Source: an uncultured Arthrobacter sp.
Lineage (GTDB): Bacteria; Actinomycetota; Actinomycetes; Actinomycetales; Micrococcaceae
DNA length: 46,266 nucleotides
Direction: 5' to 3' (one strand)
NCBI RefSeq assembly: GCF_937873245.1
Contig: NZ_CALMVY010000114.1
Part shown: positions 28,356 to 37,267 of the stretch, piece by piece
Numbering within the stretch: the stretch's first letter is position 1
How the letters are laid out: each line of letters starts with the position of its first letter
Position numbers and translations under genes: made by a program
Notes under the pieces: generated by a model
The model's input: the letters and a program-made list of their open reading frames with translations, nothing else
Databases searched by the model: none
Told to the model about the DNA's origin: nothing

Positions 28356-30143
28356 ATGAAGAAGAAATCCACGCGGACGGCCGCCAACAGCACAGCTACA
28401 GATGGCAGAACACCACGGGCCGTGCAGCCCTGGAGCGACCGCCCGTGGACGGGTTCCTACGGGCCGGGGGTGCCGGCGCATCTGGTGCTCCCCAAGGGTT
28501 CGCTCGTGGACCTCATGGACACGTCCGTCCGCCGCTCCGGGCCGAAGACCGCCCTGGAATTCTTCGGCGCCCGCACCAGCTACCGCGAGCTGGGCACCCT
28601 CATCAGCCGGGCGGCCGCCGGCCTGCAGAAACTCGGGGTGAAGGCCGGGGACAGGGTCGCCCTGGTCATGCCGAACTGTCCGCAGCACATCGTTGCCTTC
28701 CATGCCGTGCTGCGCCTCGGCGCCGTCGTGGTCGAGCACAATCCCCTCTACACCGAACGGGAACTGCGCCACCAGTTCGAGGACCACGGTGCCGTCGTCG
28801 CGATCGTCTGGGACAAGGCGGTGGAGCGGGTCCGGCAGCTGCCGGCCGACGTCGGGCTCCGCAGTATTGTCTCGGTGGAACTGATCCCCGCGATGCCGCT
28901 GCTGCAGCGCCTGGCGCTGCGGCTACCGGTCCCGGCGGCCCGCAAGGCCCGCGCCGCTCTTTCCGCGGGCAAGGATGAGCGGCAGGCCCGGCCGGCTCCC
29001 GCTGTGCGGCCCGTGCTGCCGTGGCGGGAACTCCTCGACGCCGGGGAACTCAGGAAAAAGCATCCGCGCCCGTCGGCCGGGGACCTCGCCGTCCTGCAGT
29101 ACACCTCCGGCACCACCGGCCTGCCCAAGGGTGCCATGCTCAGCCACGCCAACCTGCAGGCCAACGCCGCGCAGGGCCGGGCCTGGGTGCCGGGGCTCAA
29201 GGACGGCCGGGAAACCGTGTACGCGGTGCTGCCGATGTTCCACGCGTACGGCCTGACCCTCTGCATGACCTTCGCGTTGAGCATCGGTGCGAAACTGGTC
29301 CTGTTCCCCAAGTTCGACGTCGACCTCGTGCTGAAGGCACTCAAGAAGTCCCCGGCGACCTTCCTGCCGGCGGTGCCGCCGATCTACGACCGGATCGCCG
29401 CCGCCGCGGCGGAACGCGGCATCGGGCTGGAAAGCATCCGCTTCTCGATCTCCGGCGCCATGAACCTGCCGGCGGCGACGGTGGAGACCTGGGAGAAGGC
29501 GACCGGCGGCTTCCTGATTGAGGGCTACGGACTGACCGAAACGTCGCCCATCGCGATCGGCAACCCGTTCGGCCCCAGCCGCAAGCCGGGAACCGTCGGG
29601 GTGCCGTTCCCGCTGACCGACATCCGGGTGGTGGACCCGAAGAACACCGCGCTGGACCGTGCCCCGGGCGAGGAAGGGGAACTGCTCATCCGCGGCCCCC
29701 AGGTTTTTGCCGGCTACTGGAACCGGCCGGAGGAAACGGAAGAGGCGCTGCTCGACGGCGGCTGGTTCCGGACCGGTGACATCGTCTCGGTGGATGACGA
29801 CTACTTCGTCACGATCCGGGACCGGATCAAGGAACTGATCATTACGGGAGGTTTCAACGTCTCCCCCAGTGAGGTGGAGGACGTCATCGCCACCTTCCCC
29901 GGACTTTCGGAAGTCTCGGTCGTCGGGCTGCCGCGCCCAGGCGGCGGCGAGGACGTCGTCGCCGCCGTGGTGCCGATCCCGGGCACCACCATCGACCCCG
30001 ACGAGCTCCTGGCCTTCGCCCGGAAGAACCTGACCGCCTACAAGGTGCCGCGCCGGGTGGTGGTGCTCGATTCCCTGCCGCGCTCGCTGATCGGCAAGGT
30101 CCTCCGCCGCGAGATCCGGGACACGCTGGTGGCTGGGCGCTGA
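28356..30143 (+). CDS. Long-chain fatty-acid--CoA ligase (FadD family)
   Basis: YTSGTTGLPKG AMP-binding motif, LPMFHAYG, EGYGLTE, GWFRTGD, RIKELII.GG, YKVP..GK. Confidence 0.92.
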   Translation: MKKKSTRTAANSTATDGRTPRAVQPWSDRPWTGSYGPGVPAHLVLPKGSLVDLMDTSVRRSGPKTALEFFGARTSYRELGTLISRAAAGLQKLGVKAGDRVALVMPNCPQHIVAFHAVLRLGAVVVEHNPLYTERELRHQFEDHGAVVAIVWDKAVERVRQLPADVGLRSIVSVELIPAMPLLQRLALRLPVPAARKARAALSAGKDERQARPAPAVRPVLPWRELLDAGELRKKHPRPSAGDLAVLQYTSGTTGLPKGAMLSHANLQANAAQGRAWVPGLKDGRETVYAVLPMFHAYGLTLCMTFALSIGAKLVLFPKFDVDLVLKALKKSPATFLPAVPPIYDRIAAAAAERGIGLESIRFSISGAMNLPAATVETWEKATGGFLIEGYGLTETSPIAIGNPFGPSRKPGTVGVPFPLTDIRVVDPKNTALDRAPGEEGELLIRGPQVFAGYWNRPEETEEALLDGGWFRTGDIVSVDDDYFVTIRDRIKELIITGGFNVSPSEVEDVIATFPGLSEVSVVGLPRPGGGEDVVAAVVPIPGTTIDPDELLAFARKNLTAYKVPRRVVVLDSLPRSLIGKVLRREIRDTLVAGR

Positions 30144-30152
30144 CCCGGCGGA

Positions 30153-30668
30153 CTACCCCTGCCGGCCGGCTGCCCGGGAATTGAGGCGCGCGATTGCCGT
30201 CGACAGCACAGTGGCGAATCCACACCAGAGCGCGTAGGGGGCCAGGGACACACCGGCGCCGCGGTTGAGTTTGTACGTCCGCCGCACCAGGTCGGCGCTG
30301 CTCGCCGTCAGCACCGCGCACTCCGCCGCGGCCAGCCACGGCCGGCGGCTACGCCAGAAGAGCCAACTCCACGCGGCATTGAGGACGAGGTTCGCGGCCA
30401 GGGCTCCCCGGTAGGCACGGATCTCCTGCTGCGGGGCCTTGCCGCCGGGGGCGTCGGGCACATCGTTGCTGTCCAGCGCGACGGCCGAACTCACAGCGAG
30501 GTCCGCGTAGAGCGCCGTCCAGACCACCGGAAAAGCGATGGCGGGCGGCTGCCAGAGGGGTTTGCGCAGCCGACGGTACCAGCCGCTGTCCGGATCGGTC
30601 GCCACTCCGCCGGCCGCCGCCGTCGCGGCGGTCGCGGCGGCAGTCCACACCGCTGTCATCAGTTTCAT
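30153..30668 (-). CDS. tspO: TspO/MBR tryptophan-rich sensory protein
   Basis: WYRRLRKPLWQPP..FPVVWTALY, NLVLNAAWSWLFW, PYALWCGFA; ATG overlaps the upstream TGA (TGATG). Confidence 0.88.
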   Translation of the reverse strand: MKLMTAVWTAAATAATAAAGGVATDPDSGWYRRLRKPLWQPPAIAFPVVWTALYADLAVSSAVALDSNDVPDAPGGKAPQQEIRAYRGALAANLVLNAAWSWLFWRSRRPWLAAAECAVLTASSADLVRRTYKLNRGAGVSLAPYALWCGFATVLSTAIARLNSRAAGRQG

Positions 30669-31495
30669 CACTTCTCCCCGGTTTTCTCCGCTGGCTCGGA
30701 CCGCGGCCGCAGCCGTTCGCCGATGAACGCGATGGTCCGGTCCAGCGCCGCCTTCGTGGGGTGCCCGGGGGTGTCCACCAGGTCCACGGTCAGGACGCAG
30801 TGCGCCGACTGGGCGATGCCGAACGGATTTCCCGGCGACGAGTCGACTTCGATGCTTTCGAAACCCTCGCCGAACTCCCGCCGCATGGTCTCGAAGCGCG
30901 CCGCCGGGCACGCCCGGTCGTTGCTGAACCGCAGGCCCAGCAGCCGGAGTCCCCCGGTGGTCCGCGCCCTCACCCGTGCCAGTTCGCCGTCGTCGAGCCC
31001 GACGGCGGCACGCCGCCGGGCTGTCAGGCCCGCCGGCAGTGCGGGCTGGCTCATCACCGGGGCCAGGACTGCGGGTTCCAGGGCCATGGCGAGGGCGAAG
31101 CTCCCGGTCATGCACATGCCGATCGCTCCGACGCCGGGGCCTCCGCATTCCTGGTGGGCTTTGGCGGCAAGGGCGCGCAGCCAACTGGTGGCCGGGGTGC
31201 TCCGGTTCGCCAGCAGGGAGAATTCGCGGGAAATGCAGACCTTGACGACGGACTTCGCGATGGCACGGCCGCCCGCTGCTTCGCCGGGCTTCCCGAACAT
31301 CGAGGGCAGGTACACGGTGTACCCCCTGCCGGTCAGGCGGCGTGCGAGGTCCAGCACCCCCGGATGGATCCCGGGGACCTCATGGATCAGAACCACGGCC
31401 GGGCCCGCACCGGCCCGGAAAACCTGGTGGCTGATGCCGCCGTGGCTGAAGGTTGATTCGGTGAACCCCGCCAGTGTTTCCGGTTGCTCCGGCAT
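30668..31495 (-). CDS. Dienelactone hydrolase family protein
   Basis: VVLIHEVPG, GAIGMCMTG (Cys nucleophile), D and H of the triad (NDRAC, AHCVLT); start ATG 31495. Confidence 0.85.
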   Translation of the reverse strand: MPEQPETLAGFTESTFSHGGISHQVFRAGAGPAVVLIHEVPGIHPGVLDLARRLTGRGYTVYLPSMFGKPGEAAGGRAIAKSVVKVCISREFSLLANRSTPATSWLRALAAKAHQECGGPGVGAIGMCMTGSFALAMALEPAVLAPVMSQPALPAGLTARRRAAVGLDDGELARVRARTTGGLRLLGLRFSNDRACPAARFETMRREFGEGFESIEVDSSPGNPFGIAQSAHCVLTVDLVDTPGHPTKAALDRTIAFIGERLRPRSEPAEKTGEK

Positions 31496-31708
31496 GGACG
31501 GCCCCCTTTTGGTTCCGGGCGGCGGTTTTTCGAACCCGGCCTCCCTGCGTACCGCACATGCTACGGAACAGCAGGGCCGCCGTCGACGGCTGATCCCTTG
31601 CGGCACTCCATGCCACCTGATAGGCCTGTAATGGGCCTAAAGGTAGGGTGCTTGGTAGTAGACACGCGCCGGCCTGAACAGGGCGGTGGTTGCAGAAGGG
31701 AAGTTCAC

Positions 31709-34060
31709 GTGACCCGCAAGAATCCCATGGTGAAGGAAAACGACGAAAAGGACCTCGAGGTCGGCGACGGTCCCAAGGACTGGGCCGCCGGAATCCCGGG
31801 GGTGCTCCACTCCATGAAGCCCGCGATCGAGCACATGGGCCTGAACCGCACGCGCAAGACCGTGCTGGCGATGAACCAGAAGGACGGTTTCGACTGTCCC
31901 AGCTGCGCGTGGCCGGACCCGAACCACCGCAAGGCCTTCGAGTTCTGCGAAAACGGCGCGAAGGCTGTCACGTGGGAGGCGACGCCGGTGGTCATCGCCC
32001 CGGAGTTCTGGGCGGAACACTCCGTCAGCGAGCTGCGGAGCCGCTCCGAGTACTGGCTGGGCATGCAGGGCCGGCTCACCGAACCGGTGCACAAGCCGGC
32101 GGGTGAGGACCACTACAAGCCGGTGAGCTGGCCGGACGCGATCCGGATCATCACGGACAAGCTCAAGAGCCTGGACTCCCCCGACGAGGCTGCCTTCTAC
32201 ACGAGCGGACGCACTTCCAACGAGGCTGCCTTCCTGTACCAGCTCATGGTCCGCGGCTACGGCACCAACAACCTGCCGGACTGCTCGAACATGTGCCACG
32301 AATCCTCCGGCTGGGCGATGGGCCAGACCATCGGCATCGGCAAGGCCACGGTCAATTTCGACGACTACGCCAACGCGGACCTGATCATCGTCATGGGCCA
32401 GAATCCGGGCACCAACCACCCGCGCATGCTGACCGAACTTGAGGCCTGCAAGGAGAACGGCGGCGAGATCGTCGCCATCAACCCCCTGCCGGAGGCCGGC
32501 CTGCGGCGGTACAAGAACCCGCAGAAAGTCAAAGGCATCGTGGGCCGCGGCACGGAGATCGCGGACCAGTTCCTGCATATCCGGATCGGCGGCGACATGG
32601 CGCTGCTGCAGGCCATCTCCAAGCGGGTGTTCGACGCCGAGGCCCGCAACCCGGGGACCGTCCTGGACCACGCGTTCCTCGAAAAGCACTGCGAGGGCCT
32701 GGACGAACTCAGGGAACACCTCAGCCTGCTCGACGAGGACGCCGTCCTCGAAGCGACCGGCCTGCGTGCCGAGGAAATCGATGAACTCGCCGCCCGCTAC
32801 CTGAAGGCTGACAAGGTCATCATCACGTGGGCCATGGGCATCACGCAGCAGAAAAAGGGTGTGGCCACCATCAAGGAGATCATCAACCTGCTCCTGCTGC
32901 GCGGCAACATCGGCAAGCCCGGTGCCGGCGCGTCCCCTATCCGCGGCCACAGCAACGTCCAGGGCGACCGCACCATGGGCATCTGGGAGCAGATGCCGCA
33001 GTCCTTTATGGACTCCCTCGGCGAGGAATTCGGTTTCGAGCCTCCCCGGGAACACGGCGTGGACGCCGTGGAAACCATCAACAAGATGCGCGACGGCGGG
33101 ATCCGGGCTTTCGTGGCGCTCGGCGGCAACTTCGTCGGCGCCATCTCGGATACGAACGCCACCGAAGCGGCCATGGAGAACACCGAGCTGTCGGTGCAGA
33201 TCTCCACGAAACTCAACCGTTCCCACACGGTGACCGGGGCGGAAGCGCTGATCCTGCCCACGATGGGCCGGAGCGAGATCGATATCCAGGAGTCGGGGCA
33301 GCAGTTCGTGTCGGTGGAGGACACTGTCTGCGCCGTGCACCCGTCCTGGGGCAGTGTTGAACCGGTCTCGCACCATCTGTTGTCCGAGCCGGCTATTGTC
33401 AGCCGGCTCGGCAAGGCGCTGGTCGGGGACAAGGTCAAGGCCGACTGGGACGGTTTTGAGAAGAACTACGACCTGATCCGGGACCACATCTCACGGGTCG
33501 TCGGCGGCTGCGAGAACTACAACGAGCGGATCCGGCAGGAAGGCGGCTTCATCCTGGCGAACGGGCCGCGGGATTCCCGCACCTTCCCCACCCCGACGGG
33601 CAAGGCCGTGCTGACCGTCAACGACCTGGAGCACGTGGAGCGGCCGGAAGGCACACTCATCCTGCAGAGCATGCGCTCCCATGACCAGTTCAACACCACC
33701 ATCTACGGCCACAACGACCGCTACCGCGGCATCAAGAAGGGCCGCCACGTGGTGTTCGTCAACCCGGACGACATCGCCGAGCTGGGCCTGGCCGACGGAA
33801 TGTTCGTGGACATCCGGGGCGAGTACCAGGACGGCGTGGAGCGGATGGTCCGCAAGTTCCGGGTGGTCTCCTACCCCACCGCCCGCGGCTGCGCGGCCGC
33901 CTACTACCCGGAGGCCAACGTGCTGGTGCCCCTGAACCACACGGCCGAAGGCAGCAACACGCCGGTCTCCAAGGCAGTGATTGTGCGGCTCGAACCCAGC
34001 GAGGACCAGACCCCGGACGGCGCGGCTGCCGTGGCCTCCGGCGCAGCCAGGACGCAGTAA
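31709..34060 (+). CDS. FdhF/YdeP family molybdopterin oxidoreductase
   Basis: GFDCPSCAW..EFCENG, YTSGRTSNE, NLPDCSNMCHE, RGHSNVQG, RSHDQFNTT, YYPEAN; start GTG 31709. Confidence 0.92.
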   Translation: MTRKNPMVKENDEKDLEVGDGPKDWAAGIPGVLHSMKPAIEHMGLNRTRKTVLAMNQKDGFDCPSCAWPDPNHRKAFEFCENGAKAVTWEATPVVIAPEFWAEHSVSELRSRSEYWLGMQGRLTEPVHKPAGEDHYKPVSWPDAIRIITDKLKSLDSPDEAAFYTSGRTSNEAAFLYQLMVRGYGTNNLPDCSNMCHESSGWAMGQTIGIGKATVNFDDYANADLIIVMGQNPGTNHPRMLTELEACKENGGEIVAINPLPEAGLRRYKNPQKVKGIVGRGTEIADQFLHIRIGGDMALLQAISKRVFDAEARNPGTVLDHAFLEKHCEGLDELREHLSLLDEDAVLEATGLRAEEIDELAARYLKADKVIITWAMGITQQKKGVATIKEIINLLLLRGNIGKPGAGASPIRGHSNVQGDRTMGIWEQMPQSFMDSLGEEFGFEPPREHGVDAVETINKMRDGGIRAFVALGGNFVGAISDTNATEAAMENTELSVQISTKLNRSHTVTGAEALILPTMGRSEIDIQESGQQFVSVEDTVCAVHPSWGSVEPVSHHLLSEPAIVSRLGKALVGDKVKADWDGFEKNYDLIRDHISRVVGGCENYNERIRQEGGFILANGPRDSRTFPTPTGKAVLTVNDLEHVERPEGTLILQSMRSHDQFNTTIYGHNDRYRGIKKGRHVVFVNPDDIAELGLADGMFVDIRGEYQDGVERMVRKFRVVSYPTARGCAAAYYPEANVLVPLNHTAEGSNTPVSKAVIVRLEPSEDQTPDGAAAVASGAARTQ

Positions 34061-34070
34061 GCCACCCGCC

Positions 34071-34263
34071 CCACGGGACATGCCCAGTCTTGGCCGCGGC
34101 CACTGGACATAGTGCCCATATGTCCATCCCAGCGCGCACGGGGAGGGCATGTCCCGCGGGGTTCGCTAGCCGTTCCACGGGACATGCCCAGTCTTGGCCG
34201 CGGCCACCGGACATAGTGCCCATATGTCCATCCCAGCGCGCACAGGGAGGGCATGTCCCTGGG
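34071..34263. repeat. Two tandem 89-bp nested-palindrome units (34071-34159 and 34175-34263), same family as the 13.3-kb cluster
   Basis: CCACGGGACATGCCC-18 nt-TGGACATA-7 nt-TATGTCCA-18 nt-GGGCATGTCCCGCGG; 104-bp period, near-identical copies. Confidence 0.9.
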
Positions 34264-34282
34264 CGGGCCGCTGGATGCTGGG

Positions 34283-34600
34283 CTATTGGGCCCGCTTGGC
34301 CCAGCCCTTTTCGTCGGGACCGCCGGATTCGCCGTGCTCGCACAGCTCCAAGACCTTGTTCGACGCCGCGTGGACGGCATCCTGCGTGCTCTTCCGGCCG
34401 TCGGTCGACGCGGTTCCCGCGGCGTAGCCGACGATGAAGGCGCTGATGGCATCCGCGTGCGGCCCGACGGCCTTCAGCGACTCGTCCGCGACCTGGACAA
34501 TCTTCTCGTGGTCCACCTCGAGGTCAAGGATCTGCAGTGCCTGGATCAGGCGTGCACTCCAGTGTCGCAGCGCGCTGTCTTCGTCCCGGGGCAAAGTCAT
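34283..34600 (-). CDS. DUF6457-like small protein (Mo-cofactor-associated)
   Basis: W...L..AL.I.D...D...I...A......V.......SAFIVGYAAG pattern; GAGGAG RBS. Confidence 0.7.
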   Translation of the reverse strand: MTLPRDEDSALRHWSARLIQALQILDLEVDHEKIVQVADESLKAVGPHADAISAFIVGYAAGTASTDGRKSTQDAVHAASNKVLELCEHGESGGPDEKGWAKRAQ

Positions 34601-34721
34601 GATTACTCCTCTTCGTAGGGCATGTCAGTCGATCGTGTACCCCCACAAGGGTTAGCACCGACATCCGCGTTCCGCAACGCGACACAGGCAAACCCGCCGG
34701 ACCTCGCCTTCCGGAACCGGC

Positions 34722-35708
34722 TCAGCTCCAGAGCGCGACGTGGAACTTCGACCCGCGGCGCTCCAGGCCCCGCGGGCCGCCGGGGGCCACCATCGCGGCC
34801 GTGGCATCCGCGGTCCCGGCGAAGCGCTGCAGCGTCCGGGCCAGGGTGGTGGTCCGGCGATGGTCCAGTGTGCTGGCCCACCACAGGCCGGTCACCGGTG
34901 TTCCGACGACGGGCAGCCGGACGAGTGCCCCGCTCTGGAGTTCGTCCCGGACAATGTGGCCCAGTGCCAGCATGAGGCCCTCCCCCGCCCTCACCGCTGC
35001 CAGGGCTTCCGTCTCGCTGCTGAGCCGGATGATCTCCGGCGCCACCCCCGTCGCCGCCAGCCAGCGGCCTTCTTCCGTGCTGTCCTGGATCCCCGCAGGC
35101 CCGGCAAACCAGGGCCGGTCCAGCAGCCGGGCGACGGAGACCAGCCGGTGCAGCGGAGCCAGCGGGTGCGCCGCCGCCGCCACCAGGACCCGCTGGTAGC
35201 GCAGGAACGGAACACACTCCAGGCGCAGTTCCGTAACCGCGGTCCCGGCAGTCGCCGCAGGCCGGGCCCCCAGGGCAATGTCGTAGGCGCGTTCCTGCAG
35301 GAGCGAGCCGAGGACCTCAGCGGACTCGACCACAACATCCACCGAGGCGCCGGGGACCCGCTTGGTAAACAGTTCCAGCAGCCGGCCCGCCGCATGTTCG
35401 GCAAAAGGAGCGGTCGCAACGATCTTCAACCTTCCGGCGTCGTTCTTGGCGTTGGAAACTTCCCAGCGGGCCTGATCCGCCAGCCCGACGATGTCCTGGG
35501 CGTAGTCGGCCAGCGCCCGGCCGCCCGGAGTCAGTGCAATGCCGCCCGCAGCCCGTACGAACAGCGGATCACCGAGGTCCTGCCGGAGTGCCGTCAAAGC
35601 CGAGGAAACCGCCGGTTCGCTGACCCCGAGGGTCTCCGCGGCAGCGTGCAGCGAGCCCAGGCGGGCCACCAGGGCGAACGTGCGGAGCTGGCTCAATGTC
35701 ATCGACAC
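34722..35708 (-). CDS. LysR-family regulator divergent from coxMSL (CutR-like)
   Basis: MTLSQLRTFALVARLGSLHAAAETLGVSEPAVS HTH, GDPLFVR, LTPGG; position as for mycobacterial cutR. Confidence 0.88.
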   Translation of the reverse strand: MSMTLSQLRTFALVARLGSLHAAAETLGVSEPAVSSALTALRQDLGDPLFVRAAGGIALTPGGRALADYAQDIVGLADQARWEVSNAKNDAGRLKIVATAPFAEHAAGRLLELFTKRVPGASVDVVVESAEVLGSLLQERAYDIALGARPAATAGTAVTELRLECVPFLRYQRVLVAAAAHPLAPLHRLVSVARLLDRPWFAGPAGIQDSTEEGRWLAATGVAPEIIRLSSETEALAAVRAGEGLMLALGHIVRDELQSGALVRLPVVGTPVTGLWWASTLDHRRTTTLARTLQRFAGTADATAAMVAPGGPRGLERRGSKFHVALWS

Positions 35709-35710
35709 AG

Positions 35711-35767
35711 CGTCATAACCTTTCGCTTATGACGATATTGACACTCCGTATCAGGCGGGGCAAGACT
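35711..35767 (+). promoter_or_regulatory. cox operator palindrome plus sigma-A-like promoter
   Basis: Perfect IR CGTCATAA-N8-TTATGACG (35711-35734), then TTGACA (35738-35743) and AAGACT (35762-35767). Confidence 0.7.
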
Positions 35768-35822
35768 GACCTCACACCGGTGCTGCGCGACGTTGCCAGC
35801 GCCCTGGAGTGAGGTAGGGACT

Positions 35823-36701
35823 ATGCAGATTCCGGCTCCTTTCGACTATGTGCGGGCCACGTCCGTGGAGAACGCACTCGAACTCCTCTCGCGCCACGGC
35901 GCGGAATCACGGGTGGTCGCCGGGGGCCACAGCCTCCTGCCGATGATGAAGCTCCGGCTCTCCCGGCCCGAGTGGCTGATCGACATCAATGACCTCTACG
36001 AACTCGACTTCATCCTGCGCGACGGCGACAAACTGCGCATCGGCGCCCTGACCCGGCACACCACGCTGCTGGAGTCGGACGAAGTCGCGGCCCTCTTCCC
36101 CATCGTCCGGGACGCCGAGGCCGTGATTGCCGATCCGATCGTGCGGAACCGGGGAACCATCGGCGGCTCGCTCTGCCAGGCCGATCCGGCGGAGGACCTC
36201 TCCACTGTCTGCGATGTGCTCGGCGCGGAAGCCGTGATCCGGGGACCGGCCGGCGAGCGCATCCTGGCGATGGCGGACTTCCACCGCGGACCCTACGAGA
36301 CGGCGGTCGGCCAGGACGAACTGCTGTGTGAACTCCGCTTCCCTGTCCGGCCCCGTTCCGGCAGCGCCTACGAAAAGGTCGAACGCCGGGTGGGTGACTG
36401 GGCCGTCGGTGCCGCCGGCGCGTCCGTGAGCCTCGCGGAGGACGGCGCCATCGCCGACGCCGCCGTCGGCCTCACAGCCCTCGGGCTCGACCACACGGTC
36501 GCCGGGGCGGCGGAACTGCTCCGCGGCAACCAGCCCGGGGAGGAACTGTTCGTGGAGGCGGCACGGCTCGCCGCGGCAGCCTGCGACCCGGTGGCCGACC
36601 AGCGCGGCCCGATTGACTACAAACGGCATCTCGCCGACGAACTCACCCGGCGGGTCCTGCGACAGGCCTGTGCCCGCGCCGCCCAGACACAGGAAGGCTG
36701 A
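35823..36701 (+). CDS. coxM: Aerobic CO dehydrogenase medium (FAD) subunit
   Basis: MQIPAPFDY, AGGHSLLPMMKLR, RNRGTIGGSL.QADP; start ATG 35823 with GAGG RBS. Confidence 0.93.
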   Translation: MQIPAPFDYVRATSVENALELLSRHGAESRVVAGGHSLLPMMKLRLSRPEWLIDINDLYELDFILRDGDKLRIGALTRHTTLLESDEVAALFPIVRDAEAVIADPIVRNRGTIGGSLCQADPAEDLSTVCDVLGAEAVIRGPAGERILAMADFHRGPYETAVGQDELLCELRFPVRPRSGSAYEKVERRVGDWAVGAAGASVSLAEDGAIADAAVGLTALGLDHTVAGAAELLRGNQPGEELFVEAARLAAAACDPVADQRGPIDYKRHLADELTRRVLRQACARAAQTQEG

Positions 36702-36706
36702 AGCGG

Positions 36707-37267
36707 ATGCAGATCAGCATGACCGTCAACGGCAACGAAGTCACGTCCGACATTGAGCCCCGCGTGCTCCTGGTCCACTACATCCGCGAAGTCCTGGGCC
36801 TGACCGGCACCCACTGGGGTTGCGACACCAGCAACTGCGGCACCTGCGTAGTCCTGATGGACGGCCAGCCGGTGAAGTCCTGCACCGTCCTCGCCGCTAT
36901 GGCCGCCGGACACGACATCCGCACGGTCGAGGGGCTCGCCAGCGGCGGAACCCTTGACCCGGTCCAGCAGGGCTTCATGGAGGAACACGGGCTGCAGTGC
37001 GGCTTCTGCACCGCCGGCATGATGCTGACCGCCCGCGCCCTGCTCGACAAGAACCCGCACCCTGACACCACCGAGATCCGGCAGGCCATCTCGGGCCAGA
37101 TCTGCCGGTGCACCGGCTACGCCACGATCGTCCGGTCGGTGCAGTGGGCCGCCGCCCACCCGGCCGGCGGCGACAGCGACGCCACGGTAGACGAGGTCAT
37201 CGAAGGCACCGACACCGTGATTGAGGACATCCCGGCAGAGACACAAGACGCAGAGGTGAAGGCATGA
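36707..37267 (+). CDS. coxS: Aerobic CO dehydrogenase small [2Fe-2S] subunit
   Basis: GCDTSNCGTC..KSC, QCGFC, ICRCTGY. Confidence 0.95.
   Translation: MQISMTVNGNEVTSDIEPRVLLVHYIREVLGLTGTHWGCDTSNCGTCVVLMDGQPVKSCTVLAAMAAGHDIRTVEGLASGGTLDPVQQGFMEEHGLQCGFCTAGMMLTARALLDKNPHPDTTEIRQAISGQICRCTGYATIVRSVQWAAAHPAGGDSDATVDEVIEGTDTVIEDIPAETQDAEVKA

Noticed and set aside
31630..31649. Fourth DosR-like box (AATGGGCCTAAAGGTAGGGT)
   Set aside because: Only the left half matches and no -10 lies at the expected distance on either strand
31709..34060. Selenocysteine formate dehydrogenase
   Set aside because: No in-frame TGA; Cys at the ligand position; YdeP-type motifs
35761..35776. CRP box in the cox promoter
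   Set aside because: Only the TCACA half-site is present; the other half is CAAGA
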